Assembly (NCBI RefSeq): GCF_006345805.1
Contig: NC_042998.1
Span: 55,552,001 to 55,616,000 of the forward strand
Source of the DNA: Octopus sinensis
Lineage: Eukaryota
DNA: 64,000 bases
Reading direction: 5' to 3'
In this document: in pieces, positions 30,676 through 43,471 of the stretch
Numbering within the stretch: the stretch's first letter is position 1
Layout of the letters: every line of letters starts with the position of its first letter
Notes under the pieces: model-generated
What the model was told of the DNA's origin: nothing
The model's database searches: none
What the model saw: only the letters and a program-made list of their open reading frames with translations
Translations under genes and position numbers: made by a program

Positions 30676-31020
30676 TAATGCCATGCAAATTATTTTCCAC
30701 GGTTTCAGAGTTTTATAACCTTTTGCTTATATGCATGCATATATTTTCCTTGCGAGAAAGTTCTTTCTATAGTCAAGAAGAATAAAGAAGAGTGGTTGTT
30801 AGTTATCATGAAAACAAATTACTTATAACTTGTTTGAAAGAATGTTTGTGGATAATGGGAATCGAATCACATCATTGGGTTTCCTGATATGCTGCCCTAC
30901 CTGAAGATAAATATTTGCCAAGAAGCAATCTCATTAGTATTATAAATCAATCATGTAATTTCTTGCCTGCGCGTGTATGGATTCGCTTCAAATGAGGTTG
31001 TGCTGAAGGAGAACACTTAC

Positions 31021-31634
31021 AAATAAATATTCCTGTTAGCAACGTCACATTTCAATGTTCCATACAAATGGTACAAAGTAAATGTTTAATGCAAGTGTAC
31101 ACGTTCTATCGTGGAAGATAGGTAAGTATATTTCAACTCCGACAGAACAAGATATTGCCCTTTAAAACTATCAGATGATAGCCTGCAACATAGTTTCAAT
31201 GATAATACTTCACTTAATTGATGCAGATAATTTCTTTCGGGAATGATATGAACATCGAAATACACACACACACACACACACACACACAAGATATATTGTG
31301 GAAATTGGTTTGCGACCCCAACCCCCTTGCAATTTTCATCAACATCAATCATAGTAATTTCATTTACTATTCATTTACTATTGATTAAATCGGGCCCCAT
31401 TCTCTCTCAACACAAAGTGATTTTATCATTTATGAAAGAAATTCAAGATATTTCATTTATTACACAGATGTACTCACCAAACAAGTGATTTGATCTTAGA
31501 GCGTATGTTGAAACTAAAATGATTGCAGCGTGAAGACATACGTTGGCCATTCAAGAATACACAAAGTGTGTTAATTTCTCTTTGTTGTTAAACTTACCAT
31601 CGCACCAACTGCGATCTGGGTACTGACATGATTC
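31021..31634 (-). CDS. Candidate micro-exon cluster (31598-31634, 31478-31513, 31021-31032)
   Basis: Donors G|GTAAGT, G|GTGAGT and T|GTAAGT, each with a nearby AG; exon lengths 37, 36 and 12 nt; 84-nt first intron. Confidence 0.2.
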
Positions 31635-32054
31635 CTTTATTTTAAATTAAGAGGAAACCACTCAAGTGTAAAAATTAGGACATTTTTATTCATGACTTGA
31701 CATAAAATTGTACATACCTATTGTAATACTAATATAAAGAATAAATAGATCAATTCTAAATCATATACTTCAGATTTTTACACCTGAAAAATAGATTTGT
31801 TACCAATGCTTCAACTCTCCATATTCAAATTGATCGACAGGCATTCAAAGAAATTGTACTTGAATATCACAGGTATTGAATCCTAGAATGTGAAATATCT
31901 TGCTTTCACTAAGAGACAATTTCATTTATGCGTATATGCATACATGCAGGTTGACATATATGTATATACTCATGCAAACAGACATCATCTCCAAATACAA
32001 TAATGGGCGTAGTGTTTTTATATATTTGTGTATGTATGTATGTATGTATGTATG

Positions 32055-32129
<75 letters not shown>

Positions 32130-32130
32130 T

Positions 32131-32224
32131 AATTAGAGACAAAACCACTATTTTGCAAATATTTTATGTATTGGATTAAGTCTTTCTTTGTTTGATTTGC
32201 AAAATAGTGGTTTTGTCTCTAATT
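32131..32224. repeat. Hairpin, 30-bp perfect arms, 34-nt loop
   Basis: AATTAGAGACAAAACCACTATTTTGCAAAT and its reverse complement at 32195-32224. Confidence 0.95.
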
Positions 32225-32309
32225 AATATTATATAATATTTTACTATAAAATTGGATTCAATCCTAAATCTGATTTTCCCTGTAAATTTGGATTTATTCC
32301 CTAATATTT

Positions 32310-32358
<49 letters not shown>

Positions 32359-32460
32359 GGTAAAAACGGTAGGATAACAAAAGAAAGAAAGAGACCTCAA
32401 TATTATGTAAATAGAAGAATTTATCTGTAAATATGATATGTGACATTTATTCGGTAGCCA

Positions 32461-32523
32461 AGATAAAACTCTGAGTTTCGGATGCCGAGGTGGAAATCCA
32501 CACCACCATCTCTTCAGTTATCC
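32461..32523 (-). ncRNA. Type I hammerhead ribozyme motif, mirror copy
   Basis: Reverse complement of 32557-32619 with one difference in the helix II loop. Confidence 0.65.
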
Positions 32524-32556
32524 GCCCATCGGGAAAAAAAGGTATTTCCTATGGCT

Positions 32557-32619
32557 GGATAACTGAAGAGATGGTGGTATGGATTTCCACCTCGGCATCC
32601 GAAACTCAGAGTTTTATCT
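32557..32619 (+). ncRNA. Type I hammerhead ribozyme motif with canonical core
   Basis: Helix I GGATAA/TTATCT, core CTGAAGA, helix II closed by G-C, GAAA, quasi-palindromic helix III ACTC-A-GAGT, GUU triplet. Confidence 0.68.
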
Positions 32620-32652
32620 TGGCTACCGAATAATTGTCACATATAATATTAC

Positions 32653-32708
<56 letters not shown>

Positions 32709-32861
32709 CCAAAATCACGCAGTATGGGTGAAGAGGGAGGAGAGAAAATAGTAATTTAGTGAAGGAGAAGTAGTGAGAGTAATACCCATGACTGAGAGTG
32801 AGTGAGTGAGAGAAAGTAATAACAATGAGAGAGAGGAAGTGGCAAAGAGAGCGTCGAGTAC

Positions 32862-33006
32862 CTTCTACTATAATAATCTATTATAATAATATTCTTTTGT
32901 ACTTCTCCGTCACAACATATGAATGAGAAAGGAAGAGGTGATCCACCGATGGAAGTGGGATTGTGAAAAGTCAACGGTGAAACAAAAATCAAACAATGCT
33001 TCAACT
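32862..33006 (-). CDS. Candidate exon, phase 1-2, LKHCLIFVSPLTFHNPTSIGGSPLPFSFICCDGEVQKNIIIIDYYSR
   Basis: Acceptor ATGCTAATACAG, donor AAG|GTACTC, open frame; PTSIGGSP loosely recalls an FN3 B-C loop. Confidence 0.3.
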
Positions 33007-33199
33007 CTGTATTAGCATATGAGTGTGCGTGAAAAAGAGAGGAATGTGAATGTTTGTGTGCGCGTGTGTATGTGTGTGTATGTGTGTTTGTGTAAATATA
33101 TATTTATATATTTGAGTGAGTGTATATGTGTTTGTGTATGTTTATTTAGAAAGACACATAAATAAAATTACAGACACGCGCATTTACACATAGATAGAG

Positions 33200-33307
<108 letters not shown>

Positions 33308-33434
33308 TAAACAGAAACACTTAAAACGGAAGGGAGCGGACTGCGACAAAGTGTAGAAAACCGCATTCGCTACAGACTGTGCTACTCATACATATAAATG
33401 TACACATATGCACACATGCACACACACGCTCGCG

Positions 33435-33493
<59 letters not shown>

Positions 33494-33959
33494 CGCACGC
33501 ACACACACACACAAATATACAAACATGTACACACGTACTCACACAGACTTGAAACAGTTTGATTTTTTTTACCTTTTTGTACCCTTTTTATATATAAAAT
33601 ACTACAATTAGCAATCATTTTTGACGGTACGTGGTCAGTTCGTAAATAAGAATGGCGAATTATACATCTTCAAAAGATGTTTGTTACAGTATTGTTCCTA
33701 TTAAATTCACATTAGAATCCAGTCCGACACGTGTTTCGGTTGCATACGTGTCCTAATGTCCTTTGACATTTATGCGCATTTAGTTGGTTCAATTGTAGTA
33801 CATATTGATCCAGCATAGACATTCCTATGTAGCTTTGCAGGTGGGTGAAGCAAACTGAGGAATTCAGACTACTAAATATATAAAATAATATATTCCCTCA
33901 AATTCTAAAAATTCATTTTAGATTTAAATGTTACCAAAACTATTGCCATACCTTATTCC

Positions 33960-34624
33960 AAACTCTTTCAGCAGTGATTATAAACACTTGTCTCATCACC
34001 AGTGAGGATTGTCTTAATGAAGTTTGGGCCATGGCTTGCACAGTCCAGCATGTCCTAGGCGATTTCCATGAGGAGTTGCTTCACCTGCTCCGCCAAGCAC
34101 CTTCAGGACGAATTTGCCGACACTGTCCGCTTCCACAAATCCTCTGTTAAAATAGAATGCGCTGATCCTGTGCTTATTCCCAGTTCGTGAGAAATTTTCT
34201 AGATCGTTACACAATGGTCTTCCATGACTATCCGCTGAATCTTCCCAATCAGTTCCTCGTTTCTGCTAGTTCATGGCCTGCCACAGCGTGCCTCACTCTC
34301 CACTGAAGTGCGGCCATATTGAAGTGTTTGTACCACTCCATGAACTGAGTTTTGTCCATGGCATCACAGCCAAAGGCTTGCTGAATCTTCTAGAAGATTT
34401 GAGCTTGAGTATCACCAAGTTTTTAGCATAAGTTGATGCAATATCTCTGCTCGGTGCGTTCGGTCATCTTGCATGAAAACAAAAATCCAAGCACACACTA
34501 CTCGTCCGTACCAGCCGAGAATTAACGCGGCCCACCGGCGCGAAAACTTTTGTCACATGTGGAGGAAAGGTGGCACGACATCTCGTTAGTTTTAGCGGCA
34601 GATACTTTTTGAACACACCCCGTA
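33960..34624 (-). mobile_element. Mariner transposon 5' half, relic
   Basis: TIR-like TACGGGGTGTGTTCAAAAAGTATC at 34601-34624; remnants FMEWYKHF, KFVLKVL, DMLDC...NFIKTILTGDET. Confidence 0.8.
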
Positions 34625-35568
34625 TTACGTATTAATGGCCATGTACCTAGCATGCGTACATTCCCTGCTTGTGCACTGCATTTGACTTCTCATTGGATTA
34701 AAGTTTCTCATGAAATCATTATCGCACAGAGTGCGTTGACAGCTCGCTATCTCTTTCACACTCTCTTTCTTTCTGTCTTTCTCTCTTTCCCTCCCTCACA
34801 CACATACACGCACACACATATATATCTTTCCTTCACTCTTTTATGTACATGTATATATGAAGTGAACGGATGCGTGTGTGTGTGTGCATGAGAGAGAGAG
34901 AGAGAGAGGTGGTGCGAAGAGGAGAGAGATTTCTCTGTGAACTATATTCCATCATCTCTGGTTTAACCAATTTCTGTTTATATCATCCACCCTCTTGCGT
35001 GTGTTCATAAATGATCTATTTAACTATTCCGATCACACACAGTTCAGATGATACGTATTTGGTTCATTTACAAACCTTCTGAACGCAGATATTTCATCTG
35101 CAACACTTAAGTGCGGCATAATTTTGAATACTAGTCACATAATGCTTTTCTTTTTCTTGACTTTGTATATATGCATATATACATACGTGCGCGCACGCAC
35201 GCACACACACATGCACACACACACACATGCACACACACACACACACATGCACACACACACACACGCACACACCGAACAACACATACAAATATAGATAGAT
35301 GCATACATCCACGCACACACACGCATATATGTATACACACAAAATAAAGAGGAAGAAAAGCGTTATGTGACTAGTATACATATATATAATAGATATGTAT
35401 AATATAGAATATGATATATATATATGTATGTATGTAAGTATACGTATATAAATATATGTATATGTATATATATGATTTATAGTACATATATATGTTAGCT
35501 AGTTAGTTAGTTAATTTTTTGGCTCAAAAACCAATAGAGATACACACATATACACGAGCATATATGTA

Positions 35569-36062
35569 TACAGGGTTACGGTGACGTCTTGGTACACTGG
35601 CACAAATCTATATTTTCAATAATCTTATTCAATGCAGATTGCTTTGTGACCCGAACTGTACATTCTGTCTTTTAACTTTACCGTTTACTCAAAACATAGC
35701 GTTGTTGCGGAGCAGCCCACGATCATCTGTAAAAAGGGTCGTTTTCATTCAATTGATTAGCTAACCATTCACGCATCTCCAGTCGTCTGTGGGTCTCAAA
35801 CTCTGTTAAATCGTGCAAGATTTGTAACTTGTATAGATATAATTCCACTTTTTAAAATTTTTTTTAAGATCTGTTCGATGATTTCTCGAGAACATCCAGT
35901 TCTTTGAATATCCTGCGAAATGACTTTTTGTAGCTAGCAAAAAGACCTTAGCCATTGTAGCTTCTTTCGTTTTATTCTTTACAGTTGAGCGTCCGGAACG
36001 GAGTTTGTCTAAAACACTGCCTATTTCTTTAAATCCCTTAACCATCTTCCCAGCTGGTGAAG
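35569..36062 (-). mobile_element. Tc1/mariner-superfamily relic
   Basis: VKGFKEIGSVLDKLRSGRST (HTH region), YKLQILHDL, NGKVKRQN; ACCCTGTA terminus on the minus strand. Confidence 0.65.
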
Positions 36063-36089
36063 TTCCTTCCCGAGTCACATAAACTCATA

Positions 36090-36290
36090 AGGGTCAGTTT
36101 CCCGGTTTCCATGGCATATATATATTTCCCACCCCGTCGCAAGATTACTCGTTTTTGCCAGCCGAGTGGACTAGAGCAACGTGAAATGAAGTGTTCTGCT
36201 CAAGGACACAACGCGTCGCCCGGTCCAGGAATCGAAACCACAATCTTACGATCATGAGTCCGACAACCTAACCACTAAGCCACGTGCCTC
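36090..36290 (-). mobile_element. SINE family C-related
   Basis: GTGGACTAGAGCAACGTGAAATGAAGTG...GGAATCGAAACC...TAACCACTAAGCCACG. Confidence 0.8.
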
Positions 36291-36454
36291 CACTATCTTC
36301 CCAAAGGCAATGTTTTTTTTTTTCTGGGATGACGTGAAAGTATCTGCTACCACCCGAGATGACCGTCAATCGCGTCCGCTGAGAAGCATCAATGTGTGTA
36401 TGTATTTAATTATGTAGCTATGTATAATGTACGAAAATGCATGTGAGCATAATG

Positions 36455-36675
36455 TTTTCCTTCTAATTCTGGCAGAAGGCCAGCTATTTTGAGGGGAGGG
36501 GAAAATTGATTACATGGGCTCCTAGTGTTCAACTGGTACTCATTTTACCGACCTCAAAAAGATGAACGGCAAAGTTGACTTGTACAGTATTTGAACTCAG
36601 AACGTAAAGATCAAGAAGAAACGTCACTAAATTAATTTGTACCGCGCGATAATGATTCTGCCAATTCGTCGACTT
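36455..36675 (-). mobile_element. SINE family B, degenerate
   Basis: CAACTGGTAC...GGCAAAGTTGAC...TTTGAACTCAGAACGT. Confidence 0.7.
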
Positions 36676-37478
36676 ATTTGTGCAAAATTTTAATTGCTGA
36701 AACGTTTTGTGTGGCTTACTATGCTGTGTATATCACCCCCACAAAACTATGGTTTATATACACAAAACATCCGCGGGTAATTTTCCCGTCACTATGCTGA
36801 ATTGTTGAGACTGTCAACGTACATTTAGCATATTTGTACCATTCATTCAATGAGCATTGACATGCATTGGTTAAATGAGTCATGGACAACCTTTCTCAAG
36901 AAGCGGGTCGCATGAGACATATTAGTTTTTTTTTTGTTTTGTTTTTTGTGGTGGGGTGGCATGCAAGCAAAATGTTACATTGGTGATCCACAGTTATATT
37001 TTAAGGATCCATGAAAGAATTTTGTTTTAAATTTTTTTATTGCAAGAAACAGCAAGATTTGTTTCTTAAACGTTTTACATAGTACAACCTACACGGATTA
37101 ATAAGTGAAAAGCTAAATAGGAATTTTGAAAAAAATATCTATAAAACTAGTTTTTAAACATCGAAAGGCAATGTTGGTTCCGCCAGAATAAAATAGAAAT
37201 CAAAGGGTTCCACATGTAAAACTGGTTGAGAACTATGCTTTATTGGGGATGTCTGATAACCAGAGATATATCGGAGGTTACCATACTTTTCAAAGATTAG
37301 ATTCCTTGGCCTCACTCAGCTGAAGCAGTCTAATGCAAATTTTAATTGTCTCCTTTGAATTTCTTGATTACATTTAATCATGAAGTCTAATGAATCTTCA
37401 TTTCTCTTCTTAAAATTTAGCATGTGGGACCAAGTGCCCACTACATGAAAACCGTTTTTTCCCTAGTTAACTATTTAC

Positions 37479-37699
37479 TCCTATATGTTATATACATATA
37501 AGTATTATTTGAGACTTTTGCGTGACATAAATATTTGAACTGCTTCAAACCACTTAATTTGAAATCGTGAAACAGCTTTTCAATACATTCATAATGTAAT
37601 TTAGATTGCACTAGGCTATCGATGTAAAGATATGTTTTTATACTATCGCAGCTGATATTATCTTTCGTAGTAAACTGAATCTTTGATGGTTGAGGAGGG
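37479..37699 (-). CDS. Candidate exon, PPQPSKIQFTTKDNISCDSIKTYLYIDSLVQSKLHYECIEKLFHDFKLSGLKQFKYLCHAKVSNN...
   Basis: Strong acceptor ATTTAATCTCTAG, more than 70 open codons; donor ambiguous (37496 or 37479); loose FN3/PKD-like pattern. Confidence 0.35.
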
Positions 37700-38019
37700 C
37701 TAGAGATTAAATGATACATCTATGTTTAAAGGAATGAAACCAACCCCAATCCCGCAAAAATAACACTTTATACATTAAGGCTTTAAATATTGTTGATATA
37801 ATCTTACACTTTGACACAACTGGCGAGTTATAAAATGTTTTAGTTGTATGCCGAATTTTTTTCTTTTTGCATCGGCAAAGATAAATAAATGAAAATAAAC
37901 ACGGAGAAATGGTGGAGGAAAACTCGGGGAGAGTGGGTGTATGTGTAACGGAATGAAATGGGGGGAAAAATACATATTTGTTAAAAAAATAAACTCCATA
38001 CTTTATGTGTGATGTATTC

Positions 38020-38043
38020 AACTATAGATAGATAGATAGATAT

Positions 38044-38074
<31 letters not shown>

Positions 38075-38075
38075 C

Positions 38076-38118
<43 letters not shown>

Positions 38119-38177
38119 TAGATAGACGGACAGACAGACAGACAGGCAAACAGATAGACAGATAGATAGATAGATAA

Positions 38178-38220
<43 letters not shown>

Positions 38221-38285
38221 CACACATGCATATGTACAGTTATGTATGTATGTATGTTTGTATGTATGTGTGTATGTATGTATGT
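38020..38285. repeat. (AGAT)n/(AGAC)n/(TATG)n microsatellites
   Basis: Direct reading. Confidence 0.95.
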
Positions 38286-38604
38286 GCATATGAAAATGCC
38301 CAATATATTCCAAATTACAGGCTTATATGTAATTTGTGTTGAAACATACTGGAGGAAGCATATCTAGTCATATATACACATCTTTCACATTTCATACTGC
38401 ATGTGTATGCACACACACATATATTGTATGTATGCATATATATATGTAAACAATTATGCACGCATGTACACACCCACATATACGCACACACATATTATGT
38501 GGGAATATTCTCTTTTATTTTCAATTATTTCATGTCTTCTTGAAAGGAAGGGACTGACTTTTCGTTGAAATGTATGTATAATGTATGTTTACCCCTCTCA
38601 GTAC

Positions 38605-38770
38605 TGAATGGGATCTGATCTGTATTAAAACCACAGTAAGAATGACAAGACGAAGCTAAGACAAAGCTGTATGGAGAACTTGTTAATGGGGTCATACACA
38701 ATTGGCAGGTTCAAATGATCAGGGAAGGCTGTTTTGGATAACAGAAGTAGGACATCATGCATCAATGAGC
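38605..38770 (+). mobile_element. RTE-like LINE 3' relic
   Basis: TVRMT...KLYGELVNG resembles the RTE C-terminal HV.RM...LYGEL..G.R..GRP pattern. Confidence 0.4.
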
Positions 38771-38924
38771 AAACGAGTGTTGTGTATTAATGCGTGAAGT
38801 TTAAACTATTCAATATGTGGCTTTGTGGATGATGAAAATATATTTGTATAGCAACAGCACCATCCCAGATAATTGCATGTTACTGTTATTTTATTTGCGC
38901 TTTTTAGAAGCTTTTTAGCTGAGG

Positions 38925-39065
38925 TGTTATAAGGAGCTCGCTTTGCAACCATATGTTTTCAAGTTCAGCCCTAGTTCGCGGCACCTCGAGTATGTGTTTG
39001 ACCAATGCATTGTGAGTGAATTTGGTAGACGTAAAGACTGTAGAAGCCTGTCTTGTGTGTGTATA
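38925..39065 (+). mobile_element. SINE family A head, degenerate
   Basis: TTGTGAGTGAATTTGGTAGACG...AGAAGCCTGTC. Confidence 0.6.
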
Positions 39066-39110
39066 TTAGCCACCACAAGCATTTTTTCTCTCCTTGATTT
39101 TTCTGTTTCC

Positions 39111-39146
39111 CTTTCTGTAGAAGAGCTTAGGCTCGAAACGTAAAAG
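39111..39146 (+). ncRNA. Minimal type I hammerhead-like motif (A6U core variant) in a putative Penelope pseudo-LTR
   Basis: Helix I CTTT/AAAG, core CTGTAGA, helix II GAGC-TTAG-GCTC, GAAA, palindromic helix III ACGT, GUA triplet. Confidence 0.5.
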
Positions 39147-39249
39147 ATTTTTTCTATTCCCGAGCGTTATACTAATACATCTGTTTGTTTTGTACACCAC
39201 CTGTCTTCGTCTTTTGTTTTTTCCTAAACTCTTATATATATATATATAT

Positions 39250-39355
39250 GGCCCCAGACTTTAATAGAAGACACCCAAAGTGTCAGGCTATGGGATTGAA
39301 CCTGGAGCCATGTGGTTGGGAAGCAAGCTTCTTACCATACAGCCACACTTGCACC
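39250..39355 (-). mobile_element. SINE family A head
   Basis: CCATGTGGTTGGGAAGCAAGCTTCTTACCATACAGCCAC. Confidence 0.7.
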
Positions 39356-40215
39356 TAGCTTCTTAGCTCCTTCTATTAATAAATATATCTAAAGCAAAAT
39401 TTTTTTCATGGACCCTTAAAGTACTACTATGGGTCTCAATTTGCTATCTTGCTTGCATGGACATCTAAAAATCGTATGTGGACACCTAAGGCTCATATGG
39501 ACCCTGGTTGCGAACCATTGGTATAAATGAATACCTTGGGAGAGAAATCGAAATTAAGAAAATATGGTGTCCGTGTGCAAAATGAATAGTAGCAGACTTT
39601 GCGGATGAACGTACGTGTGTTCAGAGCGAAGGTGAGTTACACATTTTATAGGTCAGATTATGTACGAAGGATTGGAAATATAGTGCTTAGTATTCAACAC
39701 CATAAGCACTCGTTCATTCACGGTATTCTCTGCATTGTATTTGTTATGCAGTGAGTTTTATCTTTTAGCGAAATACAGATCAGATGAACTAGCAAAATTT
39801 CGGGGCAGTCTGCTACCAGCTGTGTTTATCTGTTTATGTGTAAACTTCCTACTTTCTAATTTATCGGTAACAGCTTTTAATACGGAGCAGGGAACCTTGT
39901 ATAAGGTTAACTTCTCAAAATAGGAATATAACATTTTATTTGTTATCGTTGATGGCATGCCCGAAGAACTTCTGTGTGTGTGCGTTTCTCTCACTCTGTG
40001 TGTGTGTGTGTGTGTGTTTTCATATCTGATTGTGAATGCTTAAACGTGTTCTTAGTGTGATTCGTTTCTCACCACCACCAGCATCACAATCACCACCCTC
40101 GCCAAACTAAATAAATAGAATAACAGTGAAACATTTCTGATAAATGACAACCAGATCAATTCTAATACTTTCACACCTAATTTCATAGTTATGCTCATTA
40201 GTGTATTTAACTATT

Positions 40216-40411
40216 TACTAGTTGTATACGCAAATATATTTATATGTTTACAAGTTATATACACAAATATATCTTTAAATGTACAAATTACATAGACAAG
40301 TATATTTAAAAATGTGTACATAGGTATATCTACATATTCACAACATTTATTCGCAAATATATTTAATATATTCACAAGTTATATACACAAATATATTTTG
40401 ATATGTGCAGG

Positions 40412-40457
<46 letters not shown>

Positions 40458-40630
40458 GCAAGTAAAGTTATATATTTACAAGTCATTTAGATTAATATAT
40501 TTATACAAATATATATTTATATAGTTACAAATTATTTACACACTGGCCGTACCTATTCTTTCAAGGTGGTGCCCCAGCGTGGTCGCAGCCTGAAAGATAA
40601 AACTAGAAAAGCATATTTATATATTTACAA
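40216..40630. repeat. AT-rich degenerate minisatellite (about 30-bp ACAAGTTATATACACAAATATAT units)
   Basis: The unit recurs several times with divergence. Confidence 0.6.
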
Positions 40631-40673
40631 GTTATGCATATATCATTATTTCGGTCCGACGAGTTGGAGGAGT

Positions 40674-40850
40674 GTATGTAACCTTTACAAGCCCTCCAAA
40701 GAGATACGCAATGTATATAACCTTTTCTAGGATGAGAAATGTATGTAACCTTTACAAGCCTTCCAAGGAGATGAGAAATGTGCATAGCCTTCATAAGCCC
40801 TCCATAAAGATGGCGCATAACCTTCAAAAGCCCTCCAAAACTAGTGAGAT
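40674..40850. repeat. 39-bp-unit minisatellite, 5 imperfect copies
   Basis: GTATGTAACCTTTACAAGCCCTCCAAAGAGATACGCAAT-type units at 40674, 40713, 40741, 40780 and 40813. Confidence 0.8.
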
Positions 40851-41109
40851 CGATGCAGTTAATGTTCTGCTTAAATATCTATAATAAATGTAATAATATC
40901 TATAATAAATTTTATAATAAAGAGAAATAGTAATAACGATAATAACAGTGGTAGTGGTGGTGATGGTGATAATGATAAAAATAATAATAATGATAATATG
41001 CCGCAGCTGCTAATACTACAAATACTACAACTACTACTATTCTGATAGCACAGGAATCTGAGGCCCAAACAATAATGCCAGTGATATCAGTGATGATAAT
41101 AATAATAAT

Positions 41110-43429
41110 GAAAAGAGCTGGTGGAGTCTCCCAATGTCCTGATTAATGATACACCTAGTGATGGTGTCACAATAAAACCACTGGTAAATGCGCAACCTGA
41201 TAATCGCTACCTCATATGAGTGGCAATGAAAAAACAAAATATTGTGAATAACGGTGGTAATGAAACTGGAGCCGTTGATGGTGAGAGTGTTGCATCCGAC
41301 AGGTTCAGAGATTCTGGTCTAGCTCCAGCCTGTCGATATCCAGAAAGGGACCACCACACACAGCGTAGATGGAGCAAGCAAATTAATGCTGTGGTCATGG
41401 AGTGTTACTACCTGAGCAACCCGGTAGATGAAAAGGGTGTTCAAATTAGGGGATACATATAACGTATTATGATTATTGGAGGAAAAAGGGCTTGTTTCAA
41501 CTCACAGAACAGAGAGTATGTGATCAAGCTAGAGCTATAAGAAAACATCATTGGTTCACAGAAGTAGAGCTCGAAGCCTTTAAAAGACAGGTCTTAGAAA
41601 ATATCAGCAGAGATAACGATGAAATTAAAGTTCTTAGTAATAAAAGTAATCTTATAGCACAGGAAAGAAACAGTGGTAGTTTACTTGATGAGAGACATAT
41701 AGATCTAAAAGAAGACAATAAAACTAATGGCGACATGACAAATGAACAAAAAGCAATCTACGACAGAATAAAGGCAAGACTACAAGAACGATAGCGACAT
41801 TATTTGCAACCTTAAAAAGGTTGACCAGTGGAAGTTGCACCAAGAAACGAAAAATGTCAATGATATTCTGAAATACACCAGAACAAACATCACAGAAACA
41901 AATAATTTGATCAAGGCAGCAAGTATTGTTGTAGCAGAAAATGTGGGTGTTGATGCCAGGTAAAAGAAATATAATGGGAGTGACAAAAGAAAGGAACCAT
42001 GGTGGAAAAACGGATACAGCAGGGTTAGATATGCTTTCAAAGAAAATTTCTGTAACACCGAAAAGAGAAAGGTGAGTTTAAAAGCGATCAAAAATACAGG
42101 GCGCTGAAAAAGAAGTATAATACTGAAAGAAGTAGAATATCGAAAAAGGCAATATGATAGACAGTTACAGGCCTATATCCTGTTTGCCACTTATGTGGAA
42201 GTTATTGAATGGAATACTCGCAGAGTCAATGTACGAACATCTGGAAAAAATGGAGTCCTGCCACATGAACAGAAAGGTTGCAAGCGTAAGTACAGAGGTA
42301 CTAAGGATCAACTCCTGATAGACAAAACTGTACTTAGAGACTGCAAGAGGAAGAAAAGTAACTTAGCCATGTCATGGATCGACTATCGTAAGGTGTACGA
42401 TATGATCCCACATTCTTGGATAATAGAATGTATGAACCTATTTGGTATTGCATCGAATGTTGAGCGATTGCTTGGAAAAGGTATGACGAATTGGAGGACG
42501 GACCTGACAGCATACGGAAGAAGTTTAGGGATAGTACAAATCAGGAGGGGCATCTTCCAAGGGGACTGACTGTTCCTACTAATCTTTGTACTGTGCTTGA
42601 TACCATTAACACTGATTCTGATGAAAACAAAAGCTGGGTGTGTATTTAAAAGCCGCCAACAAAAAGTCAACCATTTGTTATTCATGGATGACCTCAAACT
42701 TTATAGTAAAGATGAAACCCAAATGAGTTCCCTCGTTGATACGGTGTATACCTTCAGTCCTGATATCAGAATGGAGTTCGGACTGAGAAAGTATAGTGTG
42801 TTAGTCTTGAAGAGAGGCAAAATCAAATGTATGGACAGGCTAACGATACCGTCGGGGTAGGCTATGAAGCAGGTAGAAGAAACGGGCTATAAGTACTTGG
42901 GGATTTTGGAAATGGATAAATTGATGGAGAAAGAAATGACAGAAAAATTTAAGGTGGTGTATTTGCGCAGACTGAGATTGATCCTTAAGTCAAAGTTCAA
43001 CGGACGGAATAAGATTGAAGCTATCAACTCCTTAGATATGGAGCAGGGGTAATCGCATGGACAGTAGACGAACTAAACAGCTTAGACAGAAAGACAAGGA
43101 AGTTGCTAACTAGATATGGGACACTCCACCCAAACATTGATACATACAGACTATATGTGGGAGGTAAAGCAGTTGTGGTCGATAAAAAATGTGGTAGTCG
43201 TACCAATAATTGTCGGAGCCCTGGGAACAGCCAGTAAAAATCTCGAGAAGTGCATGGAACAAATAGGGGCTGCAATAAGGGTGGAGCACTTGCAGAAAAC
43301 AGCACTGCTTGGAACCGCTTGAATACTCCGGAAGGTGCTCGAAAAATAAGAGGCGTTACCTTAGTTCACTGGTAGTGAACAACTGACACCGTAGTCCATC
43401 TCCAGCGTTAGAAGCTGTGCAAAGGCAAT
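41110..43429 (+). mobile_element. R4/Dong-type RLE retrotransposon, family 1, with two large internal deletions
   Basis: N-terminal RRWSKQINAVVMECYY, RT ([39 protein letters not shown]), RLE C-terminus LQKTALLGTA; AAT repeats on both sides. Confidence 0.9.
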
Positions 43430-43471
43430 GATAATAATAACAATAATAATAATAATAATAACAATAACAAC

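Larger units (their letters stand above)
32423..32656. repeat. Fold-back inverted repeat, about 100-bp arms, 33-nt loop
   Basis: 32423-32523 is the reverse complement of 32557-32656. Confidence 0.95.

Noticed and set aside
38603-38630. TEWDLIC, resembling the SLC22 EWDLVC signature
   Set aside because: The downstream sequence lacks SLC22 motifs, hits a stop, and fits an RTE relic better
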